NCBI GenBank assembly: GCA_965200315.1
Contig: OZ241362.1
Span: forward strand, 1,216,001 to 1,280,000
Length of the DNA stretch: 64,000 bases
Source: Candidatus Latescibacterota bacterium
GTDB taxonomy: Bacteria; Latescibacterota; UBA2968; UBA8231
Direction: 5' to 3'
Below are positions 18,234 to 27,545 of the stretch, one piece after another. A model generated the notes under the pieces. That model was not told where the DNA came from. It was given only the letters and a program-made list of their open reading frames with translations, and searched no databases. Both the position numbers and the translations under genes were made by a program. Each line of letters begins with the position of its first letter. Within the stretch, counting starts at the first letter, position 1.

Positions 18234-19106
18234 ATGGCTTACGCGATCCAAGAAATCCTAAATGACGAGGACAACACCCTGCGCCTCTACTTCGACGACA
18301 TCGCCGATTCTAGGCCGCTGAGCCGCCAGCGGGAAGTCGAGCTATCGGCCCAGATCCGAGGCGGCGACATGGCCGCTCGCGACGAGTTGGTTCAAGCTAA
18401 TCTGCGCTTCGTCATCGATGTGGCCAAAAACTACCAAAATCGCGGTCTCTCGCTAGAGGACCTAATCAGCGCGGGCAACGTGGGTTTGCTGACCGCTGCC
18501 GAGCGCTTCGACGGCGCCAAGGGATACAAGTTCATCTCGTACGCCGTGTGGTGGATCAAGCAGTCCATCTTGCAGACCATCGCCGAGCACGCCCGCACCG
18601 TGCGCCTGCCGCTGAACAAGCTCAGCCTGCTCAAGGACATTTCGCGGACCGCACGCAAGCTGGGCCAAGGCCGCGAGAGCGAGCCGGAGATCGAGGAAAT
18701 CGCCGCTGAGTTGGGCCTGCCCACCGAAGAGATTCTCGACACCATGCTCAGCGCCCGCTCGGTGCGTTCGCTCGACGAGTCTTTCGAGGACGACGACGAT
18801 CGCAGCTTGCTCAGTCTCCTCGCCGACAACAATCAGGCGACGCCCGACAGCGATGTCTTGCAAAGCTCAGCTCGCGCCCACCTAGAGGAAGCCCTCGGCG
18901 GCCTTGAAGACCGCGAGTTGCGCATCATTCGCCTCTACTTCGGTCTCGATGGCAGCCAAGCGCTGACCTTGGAGCAGATCGGCGGATTGATGGGCCTGAC
19001 CCGGGAGCGCGTGCGCCAGCTCAAGGAGCGCGCCCTGGGCAAGCTCCGCCACCCGACTCGCTACCAATCGCTCCTCGCGTTGGTAGATGAGACGGAGTTT
19101 TACTAG
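18234..19106 (+). CDS. RNA polymerase sigma-70 factor, short RpoD/RpoS-like form (no region 1.1)
   Basis: ANLRFVIDVAK, KFISYAVWWIKQ, RTVRLP, TLEQIG...TRERVRQ. Confidence 0.93.
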   Translation: MAYAIQEILNDEDNTLRLYFDDIADSRPLSRQREVELSAQIRGGDMAARDELVQANLRFVIDVAKNYQNRGLSLEDLISAGNVGLLTAAERFDGAKGYKFISYAVWWIKQSILQTIAEHARTVRLPLNKLSLLKDISRTARKLGQGRESEPEIEEIAAELGLPTEEILDTMLSARSVRSLDESFEDDDDRSLLSLLADNNQATPDSDVLQSSARAHLEEALGGLEDRELRIIRLYFGLDGSQALTLEQIGGLMGLTRERVRQLKERALGKLRHPTRYQSLLALVDETEFY

Positions 19107-19118
19107 GATTGCAACTGA

Positions 19119-19147
19119 GTCCGCTGCCCTAGGCGCAGGCAGCGGAC
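19119..19147 (+). terminator. GC-rich hairpin after the sigma factor gene
   Basis: GTCCGCTGCC-N9-GGCAGCGGAC perfect stem; no U-tract. Confidence 0.45.
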
Positions 19148-19384
19148 CGCCAATTCGGTAGGATAGTTGCAGGCACCCCCGGCACACCGATCTGTTAGAA
19201 CAGCGGCGTCAGGCCGAAGCGGGGCGGGATTCCACTCTGAAGGTAAAAGCTCAGTCTGCTCAAGGACGCGTGGGACCAGCGGCGGGCCCACATAAGCGGG
19301 CAGAACCAAAAATTGTGGTTCCGGCAAGAAACACCGTGTATGCCTCGCCGCCGAGCAATCCACCATAAACCCCATAGAAGAAAA

Positions 19385-19747
19385 ATGGACGCCATCCGCG
19401 AACGGGAGATACACGACTACCTCGTCCGGGCGGTCGTGCATGTTACGGTGTACCAGTACGGCTCACCGATCGGCCGTGTTAATGATAGGGAATCCTCCGA
19501 AAATGACGGCGGCTTCTTTAACCAGATGCGCACACGGCACGACCAATTGCAGCAGTTGCAACGGCAGTTGCGCGAGGAGCCGCAGCACTCGTGTCGGATC
19601 GAGCATGAGACGCGCACCCAGCGCGAGGAGGCACATATAGAGTACCTCCTAGACGAGGAGCGATTTTTGCGTCGCCCTCGGGCTCGGCCAGCCTCAAGAC
19701 GCCGCCCCGCCCGGCTATTCAGCCTTCGCCTTCCCGCAGCTTCTTGA
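19385..19747 (+). CDS. Hypothetical protein
   Basis: ATG preceded by a purine-rich stretch; Gln/Glu-rich helical segment; overlaps the convergent gene by 29 bp. Confidence 0.45.
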   Translation: MDAIREREIHDYLVRAVVHVTVYQYGSPIGRVNDRESSENDGGFFNQMRTRHDQLQQLQRQLREEPQHSCRIEHETRTQREEAHIEYLLDEERFLRRPRARPASRRRPARLFSLRLPAAS

Positions 19748-20492
19748 GTTCGTCGCGCAAGAGCGCGGCTTTTTCAAAGTCTTCGCTATCAACCGCTTCT
19801 TGTAGCCAGCGCTCTAACTGCTCTTTTTGGCTCAGCGGCTTCTTCTGCAAAATTTCCTGCTCTAACTCATCGAGCGCGGCTTCTGAACGCTCGCGCTCGA
19901 GGTAGAACTCCTCGGCCTCTACCTCGGGCCACGTGCCAATCCGCATGCGAGTCCGCTGCACGATAGCCAACGCATCGTCATAGTTCTGGTCGCCGATGGA
20001 GATCATGGCCCGGGCCACGCCATTGATGCGCAAGATATAAGGCCACCACCTCTCTAGATTGTCGCGATCCTCTTCGCGCTCGGCATAGCGGTTGACAAAG
20101 CGAAAAAGTGTCATATTGCGCTCGGTATCGCGCACGACCCGTCGGTAGTCGTTCAGTTGGATCAGAAAGGCGTAGCGCTTGTACAAGCGGGTCCCCTCGT
20201 CGAAAAGCTCGCGGCAAGCCGCTTCATCGAGCGCAAAACCCTCGTCGCTGGCTCTGTGCTCGCGACGGTATTTTTCCAATTCGCCCTGGTAGTAATCGAG
20301 GGCAAAGTCCCGCCCGTGAGGCCGGCGACCGTCGGGTCGGCCATCGAGATTTAGCTGCAAAATGCCCTGAAAGGCCCCTTGATCGACCCGGATCTGGATC
20401 TTCGCAACCCCGTCCTTTCCCGATATTTTCCGCACATTCGCCTCTGGGTCGAAGGACCATTCGTTTAATAGGTCGGTCATATCTCGACTCAT
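19719..20492 (-). CDS. UvrB/UvrC (UVR) motif-containing protein
   Basis: C-terminal LQEAVDSEDFEKAALLRDELK; GRPDGRRPHG motif; GAGG RBS before ATG 20492. Confidence 0.8.
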   Translation of the reverse strand: MSRDMTDLLNEWSFDPEANVRKISGKDGVAKIQIRVDQGAFQGILQLNLDGRPDGRRPHGRDFALDYYQGELEKYRREHRASDEGFALDEAACRELFDEGTRLYKRYAFLIQLNDYRRVVRDTERNMTLFRFVNRYAEREEDRDNLERWWPYILRINGVARAMISIGDQNYDDALAIVQRTRMRIGTWPEVEAEEFYLERERSEAALDELEQEILQKKPLSQKEQLERWLQEAVDSEDFEKAALLRDELKKLREGEG

Positions 20493-20760
20493 GCCAACCT
20501 CGCACAACCGCTGTTTACTGATATTGCAGAGATTCTCATCGCAGAATTATAACCGAGTTGATGCGTTCCGGCAATGACCTTCCCCGCAGCCTCGGGGCAG
20601 CGGCCTCTCTGTCCCCTAGCCGGCGATGGCATAGTTTATGCTACAATAATGTACGACGCATTCTCGACACTTGGCTTTAATGACGCCCTCTTATGGCGTG
20701 AGGCCCTGTATTTTTGGTCGATTTACCGTTTTTACCACGAATATGTGGTCCTTTGATATT

Positions 20761-20803
20761 TACAAAAATGTTATTTTCATCCATACTAATGACAAAAATG
20801 TCG
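20761..20803. promoter_or_regulatory. Two ACA-N4-TGT boxes upstream of the NifA-like regulator
   Basis: TACAAAAATGTTA (20761) and GACAAAAATGTCG (20791); similar boxes at 22377 and 22404. Confidence 0.6.
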
Positions 20804-20821
20804 TAAAATAGGATAGTTCAC

Positions 20822-22366
20822 ATGTCCATCTCACCGACCACCAATGCACAACAACAAATTTCCATCCTACACGAAATCGGGCAAATACTAGGCTCGACGA
20901 CCAAGTTTGAGGAGGCACTCAACGTCATTCTCAAGCTCATGTGCGACCAACTCGATATGAGTTTGGGGACGGTCAGCCTCTTGAGCCAAGAAGCCTCCGA
21001 AGTCTCCATTGACGTAGCCTATGGACTCTCGCAATCGGAAATCAAGCGCGGCCGCTACGACGTCGGGGAAGGCATCACCGGCAAGGTCGTAGAATCAGGC
21101 AAACCCGTGATTGTGCCGCGCATTAGCAGCGAGCCGCTCTTCCTCAACCGCACTGGTGCTCGCGGTAGTGCGGCCAAGAACCAGACCTCGTTCATTTGCG
21201 TGCCCATCCTCCAGCAGCAGCAGGTAGTAGGAACCATTAGCGTTGATATTCCTTATAAAGACAACGAAAGCCTGCAAGATACCGTGCGCCTGCTGTCCAT
21301 CATATCCGTCATGATCGGTCAATCGGTCGCCGCCCGCCAACGCGCCCGCGTCGAACAAACCGAGCTTCTCGACGAAAATTTGCGCCTACAAAACGAGCTC
21401 CGCGAGCGCTTCCACCCGGCCAACCTCATCGGCAACTCCCGCCCCATGCAGGAGGTTTGCCAGCTCATCGGCCAAGTGGCGCCCCGCGACGCCACGGTCC
21501 TGTTGCGCGGCGCCAGCGGCACGGGGAAGGAACTGGCCGCAGATGCCATACATTACAACAGCTTACGTGCCGACAAACCCTTTGTCAAAGTACACGTCGC
21601 GGCCCTGCCAGAGACCTTGGTCGAATCCGAACTATTCGGCCACGAGCGCGGCGCTTACACCGGGGCCTCAACGAGCAAAGCCGGCCGATTTGAACGAGCA
21701 CGCGGCGGGACGATTTTCCTCGACGAAATCGGCGAACTCAGCTTAGGCGCACAGGTCAAACTACTCCGCGTACTGCAAAACCGCGAAGTCGAGCGCCTCG
21801 GGGGCCGCGGCCCTGTGCCGATTGATGTCCGCGTCGTCGCGGCAACCCACATAGATCTAGAAAAAGCCATCGCCGAGGGGACTTTCCGCGAGGATCTCTT
21901 CTACCGGCTCAACGTCTTTCCCATCTTCATTCCGCCCTTGCGCGAGCGCAAATCCGACATTACCCAACTCGCCGACCACTTTCTCGAAAAGTACTCTCGC
22001 CAGCTCGGCGTGGAGATGCACCGCATTTCTACACCTGCCATTGACATGATGACGAGCTACCACTGGCCGGGCAACGTGCGCGAGTTGGAAAACTGCATTG
22101 AACGGGCGATCATTCTCAGCAACGACGGCGTCATCCACGGCCACCACCTACCCCCCTCCCTGCAAACGGCCGACGCTACCGGAACGCCGGTTACCGGCTC
22201 CTTTAAGACGATGATGCAGGCTTATGAACGAGAAATCATCATCGAGGCCCTCAAGAACGCCCGCGGCAATATGGCCAAGGCCGCCCGCGCCCTCGGTACT
22301 ACGACCCGCATTTTCTCTTATAAGATTCAAAAACTAGACATCTGCCCGAAAAATTACAAAAAATGA
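20822..22366 (+). CDS. GAF-AAA+-HTH sigma-54 activator (NifA-like architecture)
   Basis: GAF domain (GEGITGKV, EPLFLNRT), GASGTGKE, GAYTGA, WPGNVRELEN, HTH. Confidence 0.92.
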   Translation: MSISPTTNAQQQISILHEIGQILGSTTKFEEALNVILKLMCDQLDMSLGTVSLLSQEASEVSIDVAYGLSQSEIKRGRYDVGEGITGKVVESGKPVIVPRISSEPLFLNRTGARGSAAKNQTSFICVPILQQQQVVGTISVDIPYKDNESLQDTVRLLSIISVMIGQSVAARQRARVEQTELLDENLRLQNELRERFHPANLIGNSRPMQEVCQLIGQVAPRDATVLLRGASGTGKELAADAIHYNSLRADKPFVKVHVAALPETLVESELFGHERGAYTGASTSKAGRFERARGGTIFLDEIGELSLGAQVKLLRVLQNREVERLGGRGPVPIDVRVVAATHIDLEKAIAEGTFREDLFYRLNVFPIFIPPLRERKSDITQLADHFLEKYSRQLGVEMHRISTPAIDMMTSYHWPGNVRELENCIERAIILSNDGVIHGHHLPPSLQTADATGTPVTGSFKTMMQAYEREIIIEALKNARGNMAKAARALGTTTRIFSYKIQKLDICPKNYKK

Positions 22367-22376
22367 GCAATAAAAA

Positions 22377-22416
22377 TACAAAATTGTTATTTATTGATAC
22401 TGTTTCAATTTTGTCG
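22377..22416. promoter_or_regulatory. Putative upstream activator sequences for the amtB promoter
   Basis: TACAAAATTGTTA and TTCAATTTTGTCG, ~100-135 bp upstream of the -24/-12 element. Confidence 0.55.
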
Positions 22417-22509
22417 TTGTGATCGTCTCGTTTTTCTCTTTATTGTAATTTTTTTTAACTCCCTAATTTACAATAAGCTACAATTATGAAGTATCTGCGC
22501 CCAATTCAC

Positions 22510-22525
22510 TTGGCACGTTTCTTGC
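22510..22525 (+). promoter_or_regulatory. Sigma-54 (-24/-12) promoter of the amtB operon
   Basis: TTGGCACGTTTCTTGC is a near-perfect consensus. Confidence 0.88.
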
Positions 22526-22603
22526 CTTGTAACAATTCGACGTTCGCATCCAAGAGGCGTCGATTAGATGCCTCCTCATACCTTACAAGGGAAGGGATTG
22601 CCC

Positions 22604-23950
22604 ATGTCTGTTTTTCTCAACCGTCCTGCGCTCCTATGGATCTGTGCCGCGGTCCTTGGGGCGACTACTCAGGCTTCGGCGGGAGATTTCAAAACCGTAG
22701 AAGCTTTCCAAGCCATGCCCTTGGCCTATCCCAAATTCATGGTAGATAACCTGTGGATTCTCATCGCCGCAGCCTTGGTTTTCATCATGCACTTGGGTTT
22801 TGCCACGCTCGAATCCGGCCTGACCCGGCAGAAGAACACGGTCAATATACTCTTCAAGAACCTCTTTATCATCTCGGCCGGTATCCTCACCTACGCCTTG
22901 TGTGGCTTCAACATCATGTATCCAGGCGATGATTGGCTCATCGCCGATGTGTTGGCCCTCAAGGGCTGGATCGGCTTTGACGACGATGTGGCCAACTTGA
23001 CCAATCAGTACGCAGATTACACCTACTGGTCGGACTTTATCTTCCAAGCCATGTTCGCCGCCACCGCCGCCACCATCGTCTCCGGTGCCGTCGCCGAGCG
23101 CATTAAGCTGTCGGGTTTCATGCTTTACGCTGTGATCTTGGTGGCTTTTGGCTACACCATCGCCGGCTCTTGGAAGTGGGGTGCCGGCTGGCTCGACGAC
23201 ATGGGTTTCTACGACTTCGCCGGCTCGTCGGTAGTGCATGCCTTTGGCGGTTTCTCGGCCCTCGCCGCCGTCTTGGTGCTAGGGGCGCGCAAGGGCAAGT
23301 ACCACAACGGGGAGATCAGGCCCATCCTCGGGCACAGCATGCCCCTGTCAACTATCGGCGTCTTCCTGCTGTGGCTCGGCTGGTTTGGCTTCAACGGCGG
23401 CTCGGTGCTCAGCGCCGACCCGGCTGCTGTGTCGCTGGTCTTCGTCACCACGACCCTCGCCGCTGCGGCCGGTTGTATGGCTTCGATTCTCACCTCTTAT
23501 ATTTACCTTAAAAAGCCCGACATCACCATGGCGCTCAACGGTATCCTCGCCGGCCTAGTTGGCATCACAGCTAGTGCCGACGTGGTCACATGGGCTGGAG
23601 CCCTCTCGATTGGGCTAATCGCCGGAATCATCGTCGTCTTCTCGATTGTCTTTATCGACCGCATCAAGATCGACGATCCGGTCGGTGCCATCTCCGTCCA
23701 CGGCATCTGCGGTGTCTGGGGCACAGTCGCGGTCGGGCTGTTCAGCACCAACGCCGACCACAGCGTGGGCACCCAGATATTGGGCACGCTATCGTACGCC
23801 ATCTTCGCCTTTGTCTTCTCCTTTGCCCTCGCGAGTCTTGTCAAGGCGACACTCGGGCTCCGCGTCGATGAGGAGGAAGAAGACGAGGGTCTCGACCTAA
23901 GCGAGCACGGCCAGCCCGCGTACGCGGATTTCCAGCACATCAACAACTAA
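22604..23950 (+). CDS. amtB: Ammonium transporter
   Basis: FQAMFAATAATIVSGAVAER, DFAGSSVVH, WFGFNGGS, DDPVGAISVHG, EGLDLSEHG. Confidence 0.95.
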   Translation: MSVFLNRPALLWICAAVLGATTQASAGDFKTVEAFQAMPLAYPKFMVDNLWILIAAALVFIMHLGFATLESGLTRQKNTVNILFKNLFIISAGILTYALCGFNIMYPGDDWLIADVLALKGWIGFDDDVANLTNQYADYTYWSDFIFQAMFAATAATIVSGAVAERIKLSGFMLYAVILVAFGYTIAGSWKWGAGWLDDMGFYDFAGSSVVHAFGGFSALAAVLVLGARKGKYHNGEIRPILGHSMPLSTIGVFLLWLGWFGFNGGSVLSADPAAVSLVFVTTTLAAAAGCMASILTSYIYLKKPDITMALNGILAGLVGITASADVVTWAGALSIGLIAGIIVVFSIVFIDRIKIDDPVGAISVHGICGVWGTVAVGLFSTNADHSVGTQILGTLSYAIFAFVFSFALASLVKATLGLRVDEEEEDEGLDLSEHGQPAYADFQHINN

Positions 23951-23969
23951 GTGAGGGAGGCAACCAACA

Positions 23970-24308
23970 ATGTATAAAATTGAAGCATTCCTCCGGCCAT
24001 CGGCCCTTGAGGCCGTGCAGAAGGCCCTAGGCGAACGGGGAATCGCCGGCATGTCCGTAACCGAAGTGCGAGGCTTTGGCCGCCAGCGCGGCCACCGCGA
24101 GGTCTATCGCGGTGCCGAGTACCGCATTGATTTCGTCCCCAAGATCAAAATCGAGGTCATCGTCAAAGACGCCGACCACGAGCAGGCGATCAACACCATC
24201 GTCGAGGCGGCCAAGTCCGGCAAAGTCGGCGACGGCAAGGTCTTCGCTTCGCCAATCCAAGAAGCCGTGCGCATCCGCACCGGCGAGACGGGCGAAAGCG
24301 CCCTTTAA
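23970..24308 (+). CDS. glnK: P-II nitrogen regulatory protein
   Basis: GFGRQRGH.EVYRGAEY, GKVGDGKVF, RIRTGE; adjacent to amtB. Confidence 0.93.
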   Translation: MYKIEAFLRPSALEAVQKALGERGIAGMSVTEVRGFGRQRGHREVYRGAEYRIDFVPKIKIEVIVKDADHEQAINTIVEAAKSGKVGDGKVFASPIQEAVRIRTGETGESAL

Positions 24309-24408
24309 CTTAGCAAGGGGCCGGTGTGGCCTTTGGCTGCACTGGCCCCTATTTCTTACCTTACCAGCAATTGACGCAGCACATCCCAACCCACCTAAGG
24401 AGCCATCG

Positions 24409-25056
24409 ATGAAACGCTTGCTTTTTACCGCACCCCTTCTCTTTGCGCTGACCTTATCCGCCGTTCCGGCCGATGCCGGGGTTGGATTTGGTGCCGACGT
24501 AGTCAACCGCTACGTGTGGCGCGGCACGGACTTCGGCAATGCCGTCAGCGTCCAGCCGGGCATGTCCATCAGCTTCGGCAACGTCGAAATCGGCGCTTGG
24601 TCCTCATGGGCGATCTCCGACGGCGGTGCCAACGAAAACGACCTCTACGTCAGCTTCTCGTCCGGCCCCATCGGCATCACCCTGACCGACTACTACTTTC
24701 CGGGCCTGACCGAAGACGACATGTTCTTCAGCTACAACGACGAAGACGGGGTACACATTCTCGAAATCAGCGCATCCCTCGCCCCCGACGGCGTACCTCT
24801 GAGCGCCATAGTTGCTTACAACGTATCCGGCGACGCCGACGATTCGTTCTGGGCGGAAGCGACCTACGACTTGGGCGAGATGGAAGAGACCGCCGTCAGC
24901 GTCACCGTCGGCCTCGGCAACGGGGTTTACACCACAGATACCGATCCGGCCTTGGTCAGCGTCGGCCTCAACATGGGCAAAGGCGACTACTTCGCTTCGT
25001 ATATCCTCAACCCAGACAAAGAATCCACCTTCCTCGTCTTTGGTAGGAGCTTCTAA
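24409..25056 (+). CDS. Putative outer-membrane beta-barrel (TorF-like porin)
   Basis: Signal peptide, RYVWRG, ENDLY, TDYYFP, C-terminal Phe; AAGGAG RBS. Confidence 0.75.
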   Translation: MKRLLFTAPLLFALTLSAVPADAGVGFGADVVNRYVWRGTDFGNAVSVQPGMSISFGNVEIGAWSSWAISDGGANENDLYVSFSSGPIGITLTDYYFPGLTEDDMFFSYNDEDGVHILEISASLAPDGVPLSAIVAYNVSGDADDSFWAEATYDLGEMEETAVSVTVGLGNGVYTTDTDPALVSVGLNMGKGDYFASYILNPDKESTFLVFGRSF

Positions 25057-25173
25057 AGCCTGGTCGGCATATCGCGCAACTAACGATGAACCGGACCAGA
25101 AGCAGGGGGCGCGTACTGCGGGGAACGCGCCCCTGACCCCATATCAACCACTACTTTGAGAAAGGACGCTCTC

Positions 25174-26631
25174 ATGGCGAAAGCCAAACCCAAAGCCAAA
25201 CCAAAGTCATCCGGCCCCAGCGCGGTGGAGTCGGCGCTGGCCTTAGCCGGCGACCAGTGCGCGCAGATGGTCGATTTCAAGTTCGTCGATCTGCCCGGCA
25301 CCTGGCAGCACTTCACCATGCCCATACGCCACTTAGACGCCGCCGTGTTCCAAGACGGCCTCGGCTTCGACGGCTCCTCCATTCGCGGCTGGCAGGCCAT
25401 CGACGAATCGGACATGCTCGTCCTGCCCGACCCCACCACCGCCTTGATGGACCCGTTCACCGCCGTGCCGACCCTGTCGTTGGTCTGCTCCATTGAAGAC
25501 CCCATCACCCGCCAGCCCTATGCGCGTGACCCCCGCGGCGTCGCCCAGCGCGCCCAAGCCTACCTGTTGCGCACCCAACTGGCCGACACGGCCTTTTTCG
25601 GACCGGAAGCGGAGTTTTTCGTCTTCGACAACATCCGCTTCGACCAGCAAGCCCATTTGGGGTTCTACGAGATCGACTCGGTGGAAGGCCGCTGGAACAG
25701 CGGCTCGGACGAAGGCCCCAACTTAGGCTACAAGCCCGACTACAAGGGCGGCTACTTCCCCGTGCCGCCGGCCGACTCCCAGCAAGACCTGCGCACCCAA
25801 ATGGTGCAGACGATGCTCGCCTGCGGCATCGACGTGGAGCTTCACCACCACGAGGTGGGCACCGCCGGCCAAGGCGAGATCGACATTCGCTTTTGTCCGC
25901 TGCTTATTTGCGGCGACCGGATGATGCTGTACAAATACATCGTCAAGAACGTGGCGCGGCAGCACGGCAAGACGGCCACGTTCATGCCCAAGCCGCTGTT
26001 TGAAGACAACGGCACGGGTATGCACACCCACCAGAGCCTGTGGCAGGGCGACCAACCGCTGTTTGCTGGCAGCGGCTATGCGGGGCTGAGCCCGATGGCG
26101 TTGCACTACATCGGCGGGCTGTTGCAGCACGCGCCGGCGCTGTTGGCGTTCACCAATCCGACGACGAACTCCTACAAGCGGCTGGTGCCGGGCTACGAAG
26201 CGCCGGTGAACTTGGCCTATTCGCAGCGCAACCGCAGTGCGTCGGTGCGCATTCCGATGTATTCGCCTTCGCCCAAGAGCAAGCGGGTGGAGTTCCGCTG
26301 TCCCGACCCGTCGTGCAACATCTACTTGGCGTTGTCGGCGATGCTGATGGCAGGGTTGGACGGGATTGAGCGTCAGTTGGATCCGGGCGAGCCGTTGGAC
26401 AAGAATCTGTATGATTTGTCGGCCGAGGAGCGAGCGGACGTGCCGCAGACGGCGGCCTCGTTGGAGGCGTCGTTGGAAAACTTGGAGCAGGATCGGGACT
26501 TTCTGTTGCAGGGCGATGTGTTCTCCGACGACCTCCTCGATGCCTGGATCGACTACAAGCGCACCGAGGAGGTCGACCCCATCCGATTGCGGCCACATCC
26601 CTACGAATTCGCACTATACTACGACGTGTAA
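25174..26631 (+). CDS. glnA: Glutamine synthetase type I
   Basis: [42 protein letters not shown] adenylylation loop, [11 protein letters not shown]. Confidence 0.96.
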   Translation: MAKAKPKAKPKSSGPSAVESALALAGDQCAQMVDFKFVDLPGTWQHFTMPIRHLDAAVFQDGLGFDGSSIRGWQAIDESDMLVLPDPTTALMDPFTAVPTLSLVCSIEDPITRQPYARDPRGVAQRAQAYLLRTQLADTAFFGPEAEFFVFDNIRFDQQAHLGFYEIDSVEGRWNSGSDEGPNLGYKPDYKGGYFPVPPADSQQDLRTQMVQTMLACGIDVELHHHEVGTAGQGEIDIRFCPLLICGDRMMLYKYIVKNVARQHGKTATFMPKPLFEDNGTGMHTHQSLWQGDQPLFAGSGYAGLSPMALHYIGGLLQHAPALLAFTNPTTNSYKRLVPGYEAPVNLAYSQRNRSASVRIPMYSPSPKSKRVEFRCPDPSCNIYLALSAMLMAGLDGIERQLDPGEPLDKNLYDLSAEERADVPQTAASLEASLENLEQDRDFLLQGDVFSDDLLDAWIDYKRTEEVDPIRLRPHPYEFALYYDV

Positions 26632-26655
26632 ATAAAGGTTAGCTACAAACTTACA

Positions 26656-26697
26656 CAAAGGGGCGGTGCCAGTTTGGCATCGCCCCTTTGCACTTTT
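26656..26697 (+). terminator. Rho-independent terminator after glnA
   Basis: CAAAGGGGCGGTGCCA-gtt-TGGCATCGCCCCTTTG followed by cactttt. Confidence 0.8.
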
Positions 26698-26750
26698 GGT
26701 ACGCCCGCGCGATTTTCGTATATTCAGCCCCTAAATAATAAGGAGAACGT

Positions 26751-27545
26751 ATGCACTTCTTGACGATTCTCATGCTCGCCATCCTCCCACTCGCCGCACA
26801 CGCCGAAATAGGTCTGGAGGCGCACTACACGGTTCAACGTGCCCTTGAACCGGTCGTCGTCGATGGCACATTGGACGAATTCTCGTGGGAGCGGGCGCAC
26901 CAAATCAACCGCTTTGAGCGCATCCTCAACGATTACGACGAGGTGCTCTTTGCCACGAGGGCGAAGATGCTGTGGGATAGCGATTACTTTTACTTTGCCT
27001 TCGTGTGTCAAGATGCGGACCTGTGGGCCATTTACGAAGAGGAAGACGATCCACTGTGGGGAGAGGAAGTCGTGGAGGTATTTATCGACCCCGACGGCGA
27101 CGGCAAACGCTACCTAGAGCTGGAGGTCAACCCGCTCAATGTGGTCGTTGATTTGCTGATCTACTCGGTGTCACCCGAGTGGCACTCGTCCAAAGACTGG
27201 GACATCGCCGGGCTCAAAACAGCGGTCCGAGCTTACGGCACCGCGAACGACTCGCTCGCGCTCGACTGGGGCTGGACCGCGGAAATCGCCATTCCCTGGG
27301 CCGCTTTAGCCGATAGCGTCACAGGCGGTGGGCTCCCGACAGCCGGCGATGTCTGGCGGCTCAATCTCTACCGCATCGAACGCAAGGGCGGACGCAATCT
27401 AAAAAGCCGTCTAAACGATCTCCCAGCCTCAGACCCACTCCATCAGCACTATCACGAGCAGACCGAATACACGGCTTGGAGCGAGACCTACCAGCGCGGC
27501 TTTCACCATCCCGCCCGCTTTGGGGCGGTACAATTTGCGGAATGA
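26751..27545 (+). CDS. Secreted CBM9-like/DOMON carbohydrate-binding protein
   Basis: Signal peptide; VDGTLDE.SW, EVFIDPDGDG..YLELEVNP, WTAEIAIPW, WRLNLYR, FHHP.RFG. Confidence 0.8.
   Translation: MHFLTILMLAILPLAAHAEIGLEAHYTVQRALEPVVVDGTLDEFSWERAHQINRFERILNDYDEVLFATRAKMLWDSDYFYFAFVCQDADLWAIYEEEDDPLWGEEVVEVFIDPDGDGKRYLELEVNPLNVVVDLLIYSVSPEWHSSKDWDIAGLKTAVRAYGTANDSLALDWGWTAEIAIPWAALADSVTGGGLPTAGDVWRLNLYRIERKGGRNLKSRLNDLPASDPLHQHYHEQTEYTAWSETYQRGFHHPARFGAVQFAE

Noticed and set aside
19200-19300. Glycine riboswitch, SRP RNA or 6S RNA
   Set aside because: Only short partial word matches; the conserved cores are not present.
20822-22366. nifA as evidence of nitrogen fixation
   Set aside because: No nif genes or TGT-N10-ACA sites were noticed; the context is ammonium assimilation.
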